A stretch of DNA of 64,000 bases, taken from positions 248,001 to 312,000 of the forward strand of contig ML978128.1 of assembly GCA_010015805.1 (NCBI GenBank). Direction: 5' to 3'. A program made the position numbers and the translations under genes. This document shows positions 35,561 through 48,020 of the stretch, in pieces. This stretch comes from Rhizodiscina lignyota. Lineage: Eukaryota. The notes below the pieces were generated by a model. That model did not search any database and had not been told where the DNA came from. It was given only the letters and a program-made list of their open reading frames with translations. Every line of letters starts with the position of its first letter. The stretch's first letter is position 1.

Positions 35561-36643
35561 TCATACAAGTTTCGTGAGAAGCTTTCCCTTGTTCGCTCCT
35601 TCAAACAGCAGGGTCCACGTCTTCGGTATCTCTTCGAACTTGGTATCCACGATAGTATTGTTCTCATCGCCGAGCTTCAGCTTCCCGTCCTTCACCGCCT
35701 GCACCAGCGTCTTGATATACCCAGGGAACAGGTCCATCCTGTCACTGAGGATGAAGCCCTTGATCTCTAATCGCGAGCTGATTATCTCGAACCAGTTGCC
35801 GATGCGTTCCCTGTTGTCCTTCTCGGCGCCGAAGTTCTTGCCTGCGGCGGCGTTGTAGTTCGCAATGGTGCCACAAGCGATGACGCGACCGTACTTTTTT
35901 AAGCGTGTGAGCATCAGGTCGAGAATGCTGCCACCGACATTGTCAAAGTATACTTCGACGAAGCCGTCCGTTGCTTTCTTCAAGTCCTCGACAAAGGCGC
36001 TGCTCTTGTAATCTACGCAGACGTCTGCACCGAGACTCTCCACCCACTTGCACTTCTCCTTACCACCTGCAATTCCAATGACCTTCTTACACCCAATGAG
36101 GTGTTTCGCAACCTGAACAGCCATACTACCTGTGCCACCCGCAGCTCCAGATATCACGACAGCATCGTCCTTCGTCGTATGACCGATTTCGGTCAGCCCA
36201 TGCAGCGCCGTCAGTCCAACGCCGCCAAAAGCGCCGAGGTAGTGCACAATGCTCAACCCAGGAATCTCCTGAAGCGGCAACAGTCCCTTTGCATCGATTA
36301 CCCCATACTGCGTCCAGCCCAAAGAAGCATTGACAAGAGAGCCGGTCGGCAGCTTCTCCGCTTTAGAGTCGAGCACCTTGCACAGATTGCGTGTGGTGCG
36401 CATGACATCGCCTATATTTACTGGAGGTGCGTACAAGCGTTCCGGGTCCACATCGAAGATCCATGTGCGCTGGGCGGGGTCATTGGATAGGTAGAGCGTT
36501 TGCAGAAGGACTTCGCCATCTTTCAGCTGTGGAAGAGGAACGTCGTGCTTCAATGTCCAAGTTGCGTCTGGCCCGGAGAGTACGACGTGCTCGGTGGGCT
36601 TCTTGGCCAGGACCCACTGCGATGTTGTAGTTGGAAGGCCCAT
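35561..36643 (-). CDS. NADP-dependent MDR oxidoreductase (prostaglandin reductase/CurA-like alkenal reductase)
   Basis: YLSNDPAQR, GLTA, VISGAAGGTGS, GIAGGKEKC, YFDNVGG, CGTIANYN, GANKGKL. Confidence 0.92.
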   Translation of the reverse strand: MGLPTTTSQWVLAKKPTEHVVLSGPDATWTLKHDVPLPQLKDGEVLLQTLYLSNDPAQRTWIFDVDPERLYAPPVNIGDVMRTTRNLCKVLDSKAEKLPTGSLVNASLGWTQYGVIDAKGLLPLQEIPGLSIVHYLGAFGGVGLTALHGLTEIGHTTKDDAVVISGAAGGTGSMAVQVAKHLIGCKKVIGIAGGKEKCKWVESLGADVCVDYKSSAFVEDLKKATDGFVEVYFDNVGGSILDLMLTRLKKYGRVIACGTIANYNAAAGKNFGAEKDNRERIGNWFEIISSRLEIKGFILSDRMDLFPGYIKTLVQAVKDGKLKLGDENNTIVDTKFEEIPKTWTLLFEGANKGKLLTKLV

Positions 36644-37627
36644 TTTGAAAGCCAGATAAACGTGATGATAAGAACGATCAGGCGGAAGCAAAGAGACGAT
36701 GGTTCAGTTTATAGGAGAAACTTCTGAAACCTGTGACAGATACCGAGGGACAGCAGAGAAGCGATTTTGCCAAGCTGCTTGCAGTCACTTCAACGTAACG
36801 AAAAGTGCAACAGACGCGAGGAACGTGGAAAGTGGGCAATATCAGGAGGTTAAGACATTGAGACACTGATTATAATATATACCGGTGCTATTCGGCAACA
36901 ATAACGACAATGATATAATCAAGCTTTTAGCACTTGCGGGGCTCTGCTACCACAACTTCGGGTTGCATGCGTGTATGCTTAACCTGTGACGCGGAGATCC
37001 CGCTACACAAGACTTGCATGAACCGAAGCCGGAAATCTAACCACCAATCAGTGCGCAGCCTGCCATTTACGTCCGTATCAAGAATGATGCCATTTCAAAT
37101 TCACATCGGATTTGTACGGACATAAAGAAACAAAAAAGATATATGCTCAAATAGTATGTTGCTCACGTTACGAGTGTGGAGTACGAAGCTTGCTCTGGTC
37201 CAATAGTTGGACGAGGGGGCCACGGCTCAACTGCGGTGTAAGTCCATTTGTAAGCAAAGCTGAGTGAGTACTCATGGGTATGTACATTGCATTCGTAAAG
37301 GCGCAACGCAGGACTCGCTTTATTGTTTTCGATCACTCTCCAGAGATAAGCTGCTTGGAATGCCCATTTACGAATTTTTCGTATCGAGCATATAATTTGC
37401 TGTCTCGTGCTCCTTTCCAGTAACGGCATCCATAGCGGAAGACAGCCCATCAGGACTATTGTATCGTCTTCAAAAAGAAATTTGTGTTGCCGAATCCCTC
37501 GCTACTTGTTGAGTGATTAGTTATTGGATGACCACGGTAGAGTTGTCGCTCTCAGAGTGCAGCTAAGAGTTTGTCCGTCAGATAGTTCGTGTATCGCAAT
37601 CGGAATGGTTCCAAAACTTTCAGCAAA

Positions 37628-38358
37628 TCATCGGTCAGATCCAGAGTCATAGTCGGAGGACTCCTCTGAGTCCTCATATCGTCTCCTCCTCCGATCGTCA
37701 CCTCGGTCGCTCTCCTCATCCTCTACAGGCTTTTTCTCCTTTGCCTCGGGAACGGCCTCGCGCAGCCGCTCCTCACCCTTGCGCCAATGACCGCCTTCTT
37801 CATAGTCTTCGCGTATGCCTAACGCTTTCCGCAGCTTCTCTGTTTCCTCAATCTTTGCCTGTGCCAAGTCGTGAATTTGATGTGACTTCAAGCCCTTGGT
37901 GTTCGGTTTGTCACGTCGATTTCCAGCTTGATCTTCGGCTTCAAGCTTCTTTCGTAGTGCAGCAGTTTTGACTTCGACTTCATCTTCGTCGACACTGAAA
38001 GTTGTCAGCTAACATGTTAATTCAGAGGTGCTCCTACTTGGAACAGTTCGTCTCCCAACTGTAATTGATGACGAGCTGGAGTAGTCCAGCACAAATACAC
38101 ATCATCGTGTAAAACTTACCCTTCATCTTCGAGCTGATCACGCAGTTCAAACACTTGGTTCTCAATCCTTCGCTTCCTTTCATGCTCCATGATCTCGGGG
38201 TCTGGTTGCCTCTGTCGATGCTTCTTGAACTCGTCGGGATCGCTGGGATATGGCGCACCACGGTCACGATTTTGTTGTCTTAACAATGAGAGATTGCGCT
38301 GAACATAGCCGCTTGTGCCGCTACCGCGCGGCGTATTTAGACCGACGTTCGCAGACAT
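37628..38358 (-). CDS. CWC21: Pre-mRNA splicing factor Cwc21
   Basis: MSANVGLNTPRGSGTSGYVQRN, EHERKRRIE, KSHQIHDLAQAK; intron 37995-38119. Confidence 0.95.
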
Positions 38359-38572
38359 TGTGGTCGTGTTGGAGAGATGATGTTGAATGAAGTTCGAAGA
38401 AGGTTGACAAGGTTGCGGAGTTGGACACTGATGCGGGAGTTTTAACCGCCATATCGGCTGAATCTCGGTACAAATAGCGCGATGATTCAGATGGTGAAAT
38501 GACTGTCTGTTCGACCATCAACCTTGATGTTCTTCTGTATAACACTGCAAGTACACTTCATTCTAATGCAAT

Positions 38573-39864
38573 ATGGCATCTCCAGAGAGCAATAAAAGTA
38601 GCACGATCCCCCCTACAGACACCGAAGTCGAATTCGTCCAAGATGCTCCCCCTCCATCCAAATTACCATTCCCGCCACTCACCAAAAGACACATTATAAA
38701 CTGCTCCTTTCATTCATGGCATCCAAAGTACGTGGTGGCCAATATTTCCCGAACCTTGATGAGCTGAAACTAATATGAGATTGCAGATACCGCTCAGTTA
38801 CTCCGAAAGCACGCCTCGTTCCTCTAACCCCACCTTTCCTTGAATACCTCAGAGCGGACGGAATCTTGCTCCCTCCGGATGACGATACGCAGACGCACAC
38901 AAACGGAGACTGGTCAGACACAGACAGTGGTATCTTCTCATCAAACGAAGACGGAGCTTCAGAATCCTCGGAGGAAGATGAGGATCCTTCTGCGGAATGG
39001 CGAGATGTACATCAAGCCATCAAGGCGACAATATCAGAACTCGGTGGCAAAGTCGTACCGAAACTCAACTGGTCAGCGCCAAAGGATGCGACCTGGATAA
39101 GTGCTACGAATACTATGGAGTGTCAGATGCCGAACGATATTTATCTGTTGCTCAAGAGCTCCGACTTTGTAACGCACGACCTAGAGCATGCCTTTGATGG
39201 TTGCGAGGATGACGAGCAGATTGATATACCCTATCACCTTGTGCTAAGGAAGCATGTACTGATGCACGTTTCACTGGAGTTCAGATGTTTTGTGAGAAAG
39301 AGACGGATCATCGGGACATGTCAGCGAGACCTCAATCATTACGACTTCCTCTTCAAGGATAACATGCAGGAGAAGCTGCGAAGGGTGATACAGAATTTCT
39401 TCGACGACAAGCTAAGGGCTACATTTCCGGACGAAAATTTTGCGTTTGATGTCTACATTCCGCCGCCTCACAATCGCGTATGGCTAGTAGACATCAATCC
39501 TTGGGCAAGACGCACCGATCCATTGCTATTCAGCTGGATGGAGCTTTTGAATATGCCAGAACTTATTAGTCACGTGGCAGAAGATAGCAAGGATAACGAG
39601 GAGGATGCTTCAGCCGAAGATGATTACGACGATGACTCTGCTGATGAAGAGTTGGACTTCAAGCCAGAATTCCGCGTTGTCCGCCGCAACGACCCAGAGG
39701 CGTACGCGTTTAATTCACCCCAATACAGCGCACACAAAATGCCTCGCGATGTTGTGGACGCGAGCCAGAAAGGCGGAGGCGTACTTCGAGAGTTCGCAGA
39801 GGAATGGAAAGAGGCGCTTGCGCGGCAACAAAGCCGTGCTCAAGACAGTAGCGACGACGACTAA
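38573..39864 (+). CDS. CDC123: Cell division cycle protein 123 (ATP-grasp eIF2 assembly factor)
   Basis: [60 protein letters not shown]; one intron about 38728-38786. Confidence 0.95.
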
Positions 39865-39929
39865 GTATGCGGCTCCTATATAGACCAGATTCCAGACATC
39901 TAACTTGGGTATCATTCCCACCAACCAAC

Positions 39930-42900
39930 TCACGTCCCAAACATCTTTAATGCAATTGTAGGCTCAACCTGTTTCTCCTTCTTCTCTTCACTACTCAGCG
40001 CCTTAAGCACGTCCTCTGTGAAACTCTTCATCTCGGGCTCCATTCCGCCCACAATGGCACGAAAGATGGTCTGGTCAACAGCCGCGAGCTCCAACAGTCT
40101 TGCGGCAATCTCTTTGTGAACGGTAGATCCTTCTAAGCTCGCGCGCTTAAGCAGTGTTGGGATCACGAGAGCCATGCTCGGAGCCACTTGTGCCTTGTCC
40201 AATGACTGCACAAACGCGACGAGCGCAGAGACGCAGATCATGCGGGACTCTTCGAGTCCTTCGACCTCTTCGTCATCGGCCTCCCTCGTCACGAATGCAA
40301 TGACTTTGGGAAGGAGCATTGTGGCAATTGCTTCTTCCGTCTTACCCCTTCGTGAGAGGACCAGGAGTGATTTACAGCATCCCGCGGCCACTTTACTCGG
40401 CATCGGGCTGTCGAGGCACTCTGTCATGTCATCTATGAGTCGCTCCAAAAGTGGATCAGCGCCATTGAAGAGAGAGCCTGCTGTCGAGAGCAGGATGGTG
40501 GAAGCGAGCAGGACGTTCTTTTCACACTGAATAGAGGTCTCGACTTGGCGCTGCTGCGAACGTTTGAGAGTGGCGAGACATTTGGTGAGAGCGCCACGGA
40601 GTTGTCGGGGAGTGTCCTGCTGCGGCTCTCTCGCAAGGCTTGTCAGGAACTTGCGGAAAATTGGAAGCGCGCTGGGAACTGCTGCAGGCTGCGCTGAAGG
40701 CGTGCCAAGAATGACGGTGAAAATGTGAATGAGGCAAGCGTGGAGGTCGGTGCGGATAATGGAGGGAAAGACAGACGCTGTAGATACTAGGGCCGAGAGT
40801 GCAGAGAGGAGAAGATGGGTGGCTTCGTCGTTCAGCTCTGTATGCGCTATGATGATGAATTAGTATTGAAAATGAGTATGTAGCGAGAGAAGAAAGATCA
40901 CTCAAACATACCATTCGTCTTGCTCTCAGATAGGTTCGGAACGAGGCCGGCAAGAACCAGAACGATAATGCGAGTCAGTTCAAAAAGCTGCTCGATGTCT
41001 TCCGAAAGGTTTTCCTCTTCCACCGGCGCACCCTTGACTTTCCTGGCAGATGGGTGGCTTAAGCACAGATTCTTCACAATGTCCACGACAACAAGCTGTA
41101 GGTTGAGAGGTTCAGTGAGAACGAGTCTGTCGAGCAAGTCCATTGTCTCAGAAAACACAACGTCTCGGTAGATGGCATTTCCAGAGACTGCTGGCCGTAA
41201 TATCTTTTTCAAAGCGAGCAGAATCTCAAGTTTCTGATCGCGGGAGTGTCGAGAGTCCTCCGAACGACCAGCAAGGGCTTCGAATGCTAGGCCGAACAGG
41301 ACAAAGAAAAAGGCAGCTGGTTCGTTGCGGTAGTTGATGTCTGTTGGTTTGCCGTTCGTGCGATCCTCCGCATCGCCTTCTGTCCGTCCATCAAGTGCAT
41401 CAAACACAAAGTCGCTGTCCTGGTCTACGAGACTGGCGATAGCATCGACAAACTTCAGCCAACCCGCCTGATAAAATTGCAGGAGTGTGTCGCGGTTCAG
41501 CGCTGCATAAATTGAATCAAGATTGCCAGACAAAGTAGATCCAGCAACGTTTGATGAGGCATCCGGTTCGAATCGCAGACGCGCGTACTCTCTCAATGAG
41601 GTCAACCAGAGTGGAGTCAACTTCTCCAAATGAGGCGCGAGTACGTCCACTAGGTAGCTCTGCTCAGCGCTAGCTATCTGCAACTCTGCCCATGCGGAAA
41701 AGACCGACATCTTGACCATCACCATAGCATTAGATCCAAGCCCTTTCAATTCTCCAATGGAAGCTGTGTCTGCATCTGTTGAGAAATTCTCCAAGGCGGA
41801 GACGAGCAGCTTCAGAATTCGTCCCATGCGGTCGACATCCGTGACGATACCTGTCGCGAGGAAGGTAGCACAGACATTGACAGCTTGCGCTGCGAGTTCC
41901 GGCGAGGAATCTGCAGCGAAAGCAGGTGTCAATGCTGAGCCTATCTGTGCTTGGTACTGCTCAAGCAATGACGCCTCCGCGAAGTCAGGATCTGGCGTTT
42001 TGCCGAACAATTTCAGGACTTGATCCACGATCTGTAGGCCACGAACTCTGAGGGAAACGACGCCAGCTGTCGAGGCGGAGAAAGCAATCCTCACTACATC
42101 GCCAATCTTCGCTTGTAGCGCTTGTTCTGCAGTGGACTCATCCTTGGCTGCTACATCCTTTGCGACCATGGAAAGTAGTTCTTGTAACAGATCCATCGCA
42201 AATGTGCGCACTTGCCATCTGAGCAGTTGCTGACTTGATGTTCCTGAAACTGCGGATTCATCCCCAGCATTTCCCGAGGAAGCGGCAAAGCCAGCGGCTT
42301 CTTCGTCTTGAAGATCAGGCACTCCGGTTGACTTTGGAGGCGCGGTTTTCGGAGGTGGTTGCTGACCTGGTCGTGCTGTGATCTTGGTCAAGACGTGATT
42401 GCAGCGCTGTATCCATTGCCCAGTTTCGACGAGACCAGTCTGATGCAGCCAGTTTCGAAATATACTCTGGATAACGTCTTGATCTCTCAAATCATTAAAA
42501 GCAAGCCACAGCTGATCTTCGAGGCCTTTATCTGCGGTCCGTATAACGTCGTCGGCATCACGCCTCATGAGATTGTGCAAGCCATCGATAGCCATCGATC
42601 GCATTTCCAGGGAGTCGGAATCCAGGTTCTTCTGCAATCCTTTCACATATGCAGCGTATTCCATGAACCCTGGTGCGTAGAGTGACAGATGCTCTAGACA
42701 ACGAAGGCTCTCCATTTGCACAAGTTCCTCGCTCTCATCCTGAAACTGCGCAACGAGCTTCATTACAAGGTCTCGAGCCTTTGACATATCTTGCAGATCA
42801 GGACCTAAAACATTAATGATGCTGTCGATGCATCTTGTAATAGCAGCAGGAGAAAGCAAAAGCATTTCAGAATTGGAAGACGCGGCGGAAGCGGCCTCCT

Positions 42901-45900
42901 CGTTGTGCGTATCAGATGAATAAAGCTGCGCAAGCATGCCAAGAGTACTTGTCACATAGCCCGAGAATGTGAGGCCCGCCGACTCTGCGACTCTCGAGAG
43001 ACTTTCGAGGGCCCAGAAGTGGACCTCGGGGTGAGGGTCGCTCGCCAAAGACATGAGGATACCCAAAATGTTCTTGAGATGGTATCCAGCAGCCATACCG
43101 CCTAGCTGAGTATGGATGCAGCCCAGTGCTACAGCGCATCCCGATCTCGCAGCGGGTTCCCGATTTGAAACAATTTGCTCTACAATCGTGTTGACCTCTG
43201 CAGTGGTGAATGCATTGCCTGCGGAGCTGCAAAGACGCCCAAGCGCTTCAGCCGCTACATTTCGCACGTACTGGTCCTGGTCCATAGCAAAGACGTGGAG
43301 TAGTTCTTGGATAGCTTTCTCCACAGGGCCGCTCTTCAGATCACCTGATTGAAAAGCAGTCTCTTTATTGGCAACTTGCAACGTTGCCAACATTGCGATT
43401 GCAACATTTACCGTCATCGCTGCCTTTCGTGGAGGATCGCGCTGAAGGCTGCTCGCGGAAAAGAACGTTGATATTTGTTCCAGCATGCCTTCTTGGACTT
43501 TCGGCGCCTGAACCGGCAGTAGGATCGCAAATAATCTTATCGCGGCATTTACAACTTGGGTGATGGGTGGATCCGATTGCCCATCCTCGTGCGGAGGCAC
43601 GCTATACAACAGAATAGAATCATGCTCCGCAGCATGACATATTGGTCGGAGAAGCTGATGGTCAACATCCGCGTCCGCGTCCCTTTTAGTCAACCAATGT
43701 CTCTGATGGCGGCTAGATAGGTAATGCGCCATTGGTGTGGCCTCGAAGCCACGTATCATTCCTGACACGCCGAATCCGTAATTGTCGCCAACATCCCAAA
43801 TACTCTCGAAGGATCCGGCCGCACTTGCGATTGATGTGCTCAAAGAGCTTGGGGCATAGTTCTCGGGATCGGCAAAGGAAGCTAGTGCGAAAGGTAGAAG
43901 ATTAGATTGTTGCAGCACTTCGCTGCTGCCAGTTTGTCCATCACTAATGAGCTTGGCGTAGCATTGCAGGACCCTTCGCCGAACCATAAGGTCGTAGTCA
44001 TAGAGATCCAACGCTGACGACAATCGCTGTGATGGGTCCTCAGTAGACTTCCTTGACGGCAGGCTGCCAAGGAAAACAGTAGTATTTTGGAGCATGGCTG
44101 CCAGCCGCTTTGTCACATCAACGGTGAGAAGTCTGCTGTTGAACTGAAGAAATGTCAACATGCAGCCTAGCGCACATTCGCGAACATGCGCAAGGTAGCT
44201 GAGTTCAAGCACGCTGCGCTGCACCATGTGGTCTTTAGTGAGGGGCTTCGGGAGAGCATTTTTCCACAGTAAGAGCAACTGCGACAGATGGATTTTGACA
44301 AAGTTTGGTCCCAAGGTCATGAGTCCACCAAGCATGATCCATGCCACCTGAATTTGTGCGCTAGAGACTTTCAATTCCGAATTAGCCGCACCTTTCAAAA
44401 GACTCGTAGCTTGAGACAGGATACGCGAGTTGACGTCCACAGATCCGTACAATGGCTGGTAGGGTGACGTGCTCAGCATGGCCGAAAGTCCATTTGCAAA
44501 GCCCACGCATCGCCGAGGTGACGATCTGGCTCCAGTGAGAAGATTCAACTCCCTGTTGACGCTGTTCATGCAAATCGTTATTGACGGGAGAAGGTTTTGC
44601 GGAGATGCAACCACAAAAGCTCGGAAGCAAGCCGCCGCATGTATTTGCACCGTGTAGCTCGGATGCTGCAGTACCTGTAACAAGCCTTCGCGAACACTCT
44701 CGGCGATTGACGACACGGCCAATCCCAAAGTTCGAATCAGGGAGCTAAGAGCACTGAGAGCACCAATGAGAGCTTGCTTAGTGGGTTCTGGTCTCTCTTT
44801 CAATGCTTGAGGATAATCCTTGATGACTTCGTTGAGGAGAAATTTGCCAGCATCCAGCTGTGCAGACTCGCTCAAAATTTGTCGTCCGACAACTTCTTCA
44901 AGGATGGTCCTCACAAATTTCCTTGTAATCAGGAGACGGTATCGATTCCAAGTTATGCTTGGTGAGCTTAGGACGTCGTTGAGCAAATGGCGTGCAATCT
45001 CGCCGTACTTGGTCTCGATAATACGTTCACTCAGACCCTTGAACACTTTCATGTAGCAGACAGCGATTCCAGCCCTTGCTCGGTTGCTAGTAGCAGGGCG
45101 AACGTACTGTCCAGAGAGGTGTTTCAGAATATCTGGGACGCTCAATGATAGCTGTATGGCGGGCTTTGTTGGGGCCGGCGATTCAGACCTCTCAATTGGC
45201 TCGTCGTCGCCATCTGTCGGCTTCTTGTTTGTTTTCTTGGGTTTCCTGATCCTTGGCACACTATCATTTACCGGAGTCTCTGAGTGGTTCTTTACTAACG
45301 CTGCCGCAAATGCAGTTGCCGCTGCATGTCTCAGTGGAGGAGAGGAGCTGTCGATTGCCTTCCAGATCGTGCTTTGGAGCTTTTCGAAATCGTTCGAGTT
45401 GTCGAAAAAGTTAGTACAGCGGATGAGATGTTCCAGGCACCAACAAGCATTGGCTTGGACAAGATGAGCTCTATCAGACGATGCCGCGGTGCGCGCCTGT
45501 TTCCATACGTCCCTTGCCGTCTGTTCGTCAGCAGAGGGCTGGATACCCTTGAAGATCCTTCCGAGTGTCTTGTATATCGAGCTCCGGAAGCCTGCATGAC
45601 TTGAGGCAGGCTTGATCTGTTTAATGCAACTAACGCATGCCAACGTAGACAAGCTGATCGCACTGTCACCAGCGGCCTCAAAGACAGCGCCCAAGCAATA
45701 CACAGCGGCATGCTTTGTCTTGAGGTCCTTGCCCTCCTTTCCAGTATTCAAAATCCCAACAAGCTCGTTTATTGACTCGAACAGTAGCTTCCTATCTCCT
45801 TTCTGGAATATGCCCGCCAACGCCTCGCCGATATTCTTTCGAATGACCCTGGTTGGGGCGGGAGAGGATAGGTTGATGATTTTGAAAACTTCGCGCTTGA

Positions 45901-46084
45901 CGTATACTTGTTGTGCGGAGGCGCCATCTCCGTCGAGATCTCGAACGTGTCGAGAGAGATCTGCCGCGAAATTGAGAAGGTAGAGATCCTGTTGTTCAGA
46001 AGGGAGAGCATGTAATTTCGTGATGTCGAGTTCAGGATTCTCGGCGGTGCCGTTAGTGACGCTTGCGGTCTCGGTCGATGCCAT
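39930..46084 (-). CDS. LAA1: HEAT-repeat protein Laa1/HEATR5 (AP-1 accessory factor)
   Basis: About 2000-aa HEAT protein with GPNFVKIHLSQLLLLWKNALPK, PDPDFAEASLLEQYQAQIGSALTPAF, C-terminal PTIALKMF; intron about 40847-40911. Confidence 0.9.
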
Positions 46085-46315
46085 TCTTGAGGCAGTGTCG
46101 GGGTGTTCTAGGTTCTTGCGTTTTATATCATTATCCACCGTACATATGGTGACACTCGGCCATTACCATGAAGGGTTGCTGTCGTGCTCGTGTGATTCTG
46201 AAGCTGAATTGCTGTCATCAAAGAGGTGCAAGCCTAGCGGGATGATTGACAGGGGTGAGCTCCGCTTCGATTCCACTTCCAGAAATTTTCCAGAGGCCCC
46301 TTTCTCCGCAGCTCA

Positions 46316-47243
46316 ATGCTCACGATTCACATATTGCGACGGCGGTTGCAAAACTGTGTTAGCCAACAACGTCTCTCGAAGCAGCCGTTGTCCATATCGG
46401 CCGCTGTAGGCTCTGGTCACAGCAAATGGGCGACTATCAAACATGACAAAGCTAAGAACGATGGAGTCAAGAATAGACAGCGCTCGACTCTCTCGAAAGA
46501 GATAGCGTTCGCTTCAAAGCGCAAGTCTGCAGGCCACTTGACTTTTCTCAGGCTAATAGTCACTAGTATTCGGCCCAAATCCTGACCAGAACCCGCGACT
46601 TGCAATAGCAATTCAAAATGCTAAACGAGCAGCTGTCCCCAAGACCTTAGTCGAAAGCGCAATTGCCCGCGGCCAGGGTCAGTCTGCTTCTGGAGCTAAG
46701 TTAGAAGCCGTCACACTCGAAGCAATTCTGCCTCAATCCATCGCGATCGTAATCGAATGCGAGACTGATAGCCGGCTCCGCACATTAGCAGAATTAAGGA
46801 CCCTGGTGAAGGATCATGGAGGCAATGCAACGCCTACAGTATACCTGTTCGAGAAGCAAGGCAAGGTGGTGTTGAAACAAGGCGAGAGCATCGCAACGGC
46901 GGATGAAGTCTTAGAACAGGCTCTAGACGCGGGTGCATTGGACATCCTCGAAGGCGAAGACAGCACACACATAGTCTTCACCGAGCCTGCAGCCACAGTA
47001 GCAGTGTCTCAGTCGCTATCTTCTTCGTTGAACATGGAGATTGCTAGTGCGGATATCGTCTGGACTCCAAACGAGGACACTAAGGTATCGTTCGCGAATA
47101 GCGAGGAAGGCGAGAATTTTTCTCAGTTCTTGGATAAACTGCAAGAGATGTCGGAGGTTCTAGCCATCCATGCGAACATTGCGAGAAGTGGAGTTCTAAG
47201 CGATGAGGAATGGACCGATCTACAGAGGAGGGTGAATATGTAG
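46316..47243 (+). CDS. TACO1: YebC/TACO1-family mitochondrial translational activator
   Basis: Presequence, then SGHSKWATIKHDK, NPRLAIAI...AK, ECETDSRLRT, YLFEKQG; requires GC-AG intron 46521-46566. Confidence 0.9.
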
Positions 47244-47360
47244 CTACGCATGCTTGCGTGTACTGTACAATAATCGTACAAATTTTTGTCGACCGTGAAT
47301 GCCCAGAACCAGAGAGAAGTTAGCCGTGAATACTCCAACGCCATAGATTCCGTTCGCCAA

Positions 47361-47759
47361 TTAACCGTCGCTTTTCTTAAAGTACGACATTATACTCCTC
47401 CTGGGCTGCTCTTCGGCGGGCGCAGCAAGTGATGACTGCCCCGTCTCTTCGGCTGTCTTCAATCGTTCTGCCTCTAGTCGCAACGCTCTTCGCTCTAGTC
47501 TCCGGGCTTTGAGTCGATCAAGCTCCGCACCGATTTCCTCTCTCTCATAAGGGATCTTGTGCGTCTGTTCGGGCTTCGGCCAGAAATCTGGAACGGAGAA
47601 CTTGTTGTCGAGGTTCGTGCCGAAGTAATACATGATTCCGATGGGGAAGAGGACGTAGAGACCAAACTGAGAGGTAAAGTAAGTAAAAGTGGACAGAGCG
47701 CTCGCCTCGGCGGGCCGTGGGTAACTCACTTTGAAAACCTCGAGATTAGGGCCTGCCAT
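47361..47759 (-). CDS. PET100: Cytochrome c oxidase assembly chaperone Pet100
   Basis: MAGPNLEVFK|FGLYVLFPIGIMYYFGTNLDNKFSVPDFWP; 63-nt intron 47667-47729. Confidence 0.9.
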   Translation of the reverse strand: MAGPNLEVFKVSYPRPAEASALSTFTYFTSQFGLYVLFPIGIMYYFGTNLDNKFSVPDFWPKPEQTHKIPYEREEIGAELDRLKARRLERRALRLEAERLKTAEETGQSSLAAPAEEQPRRSIMSYFKKSDG

Positions 47760-48020
47760 TGTGACCTGAGAGCTATTGGTTGACTTCAACGTGCGCTTGC
47801 TCGAACATGTATATCTTCATGAGGATCGTGACGGCCGGAGCTTCCCTGAAGCTCGTCTGACCAATAGGATGCGACAGGCATTTTTGCAGCCGAAGGCTGG
47901 AAAAATGTATAATCCGATGCCGAATCGCAGCCCCTGTCACGTGCACCGCGCAGCGGTTGGGTAAAGCAGGGGGAACATCAGCAGACATCAGCGAGTGTAA
48001 CAAGCTCGAACATCTTGAAG

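Noticed and set aside
47667..47729. Stop-free in-frame intron in PET100 read as coding by the ORF track
   Set aside because: Canonical GTGAGT...CAG intron that interrupts the conserved LEVFKFG motif; treated as an ordinary intron
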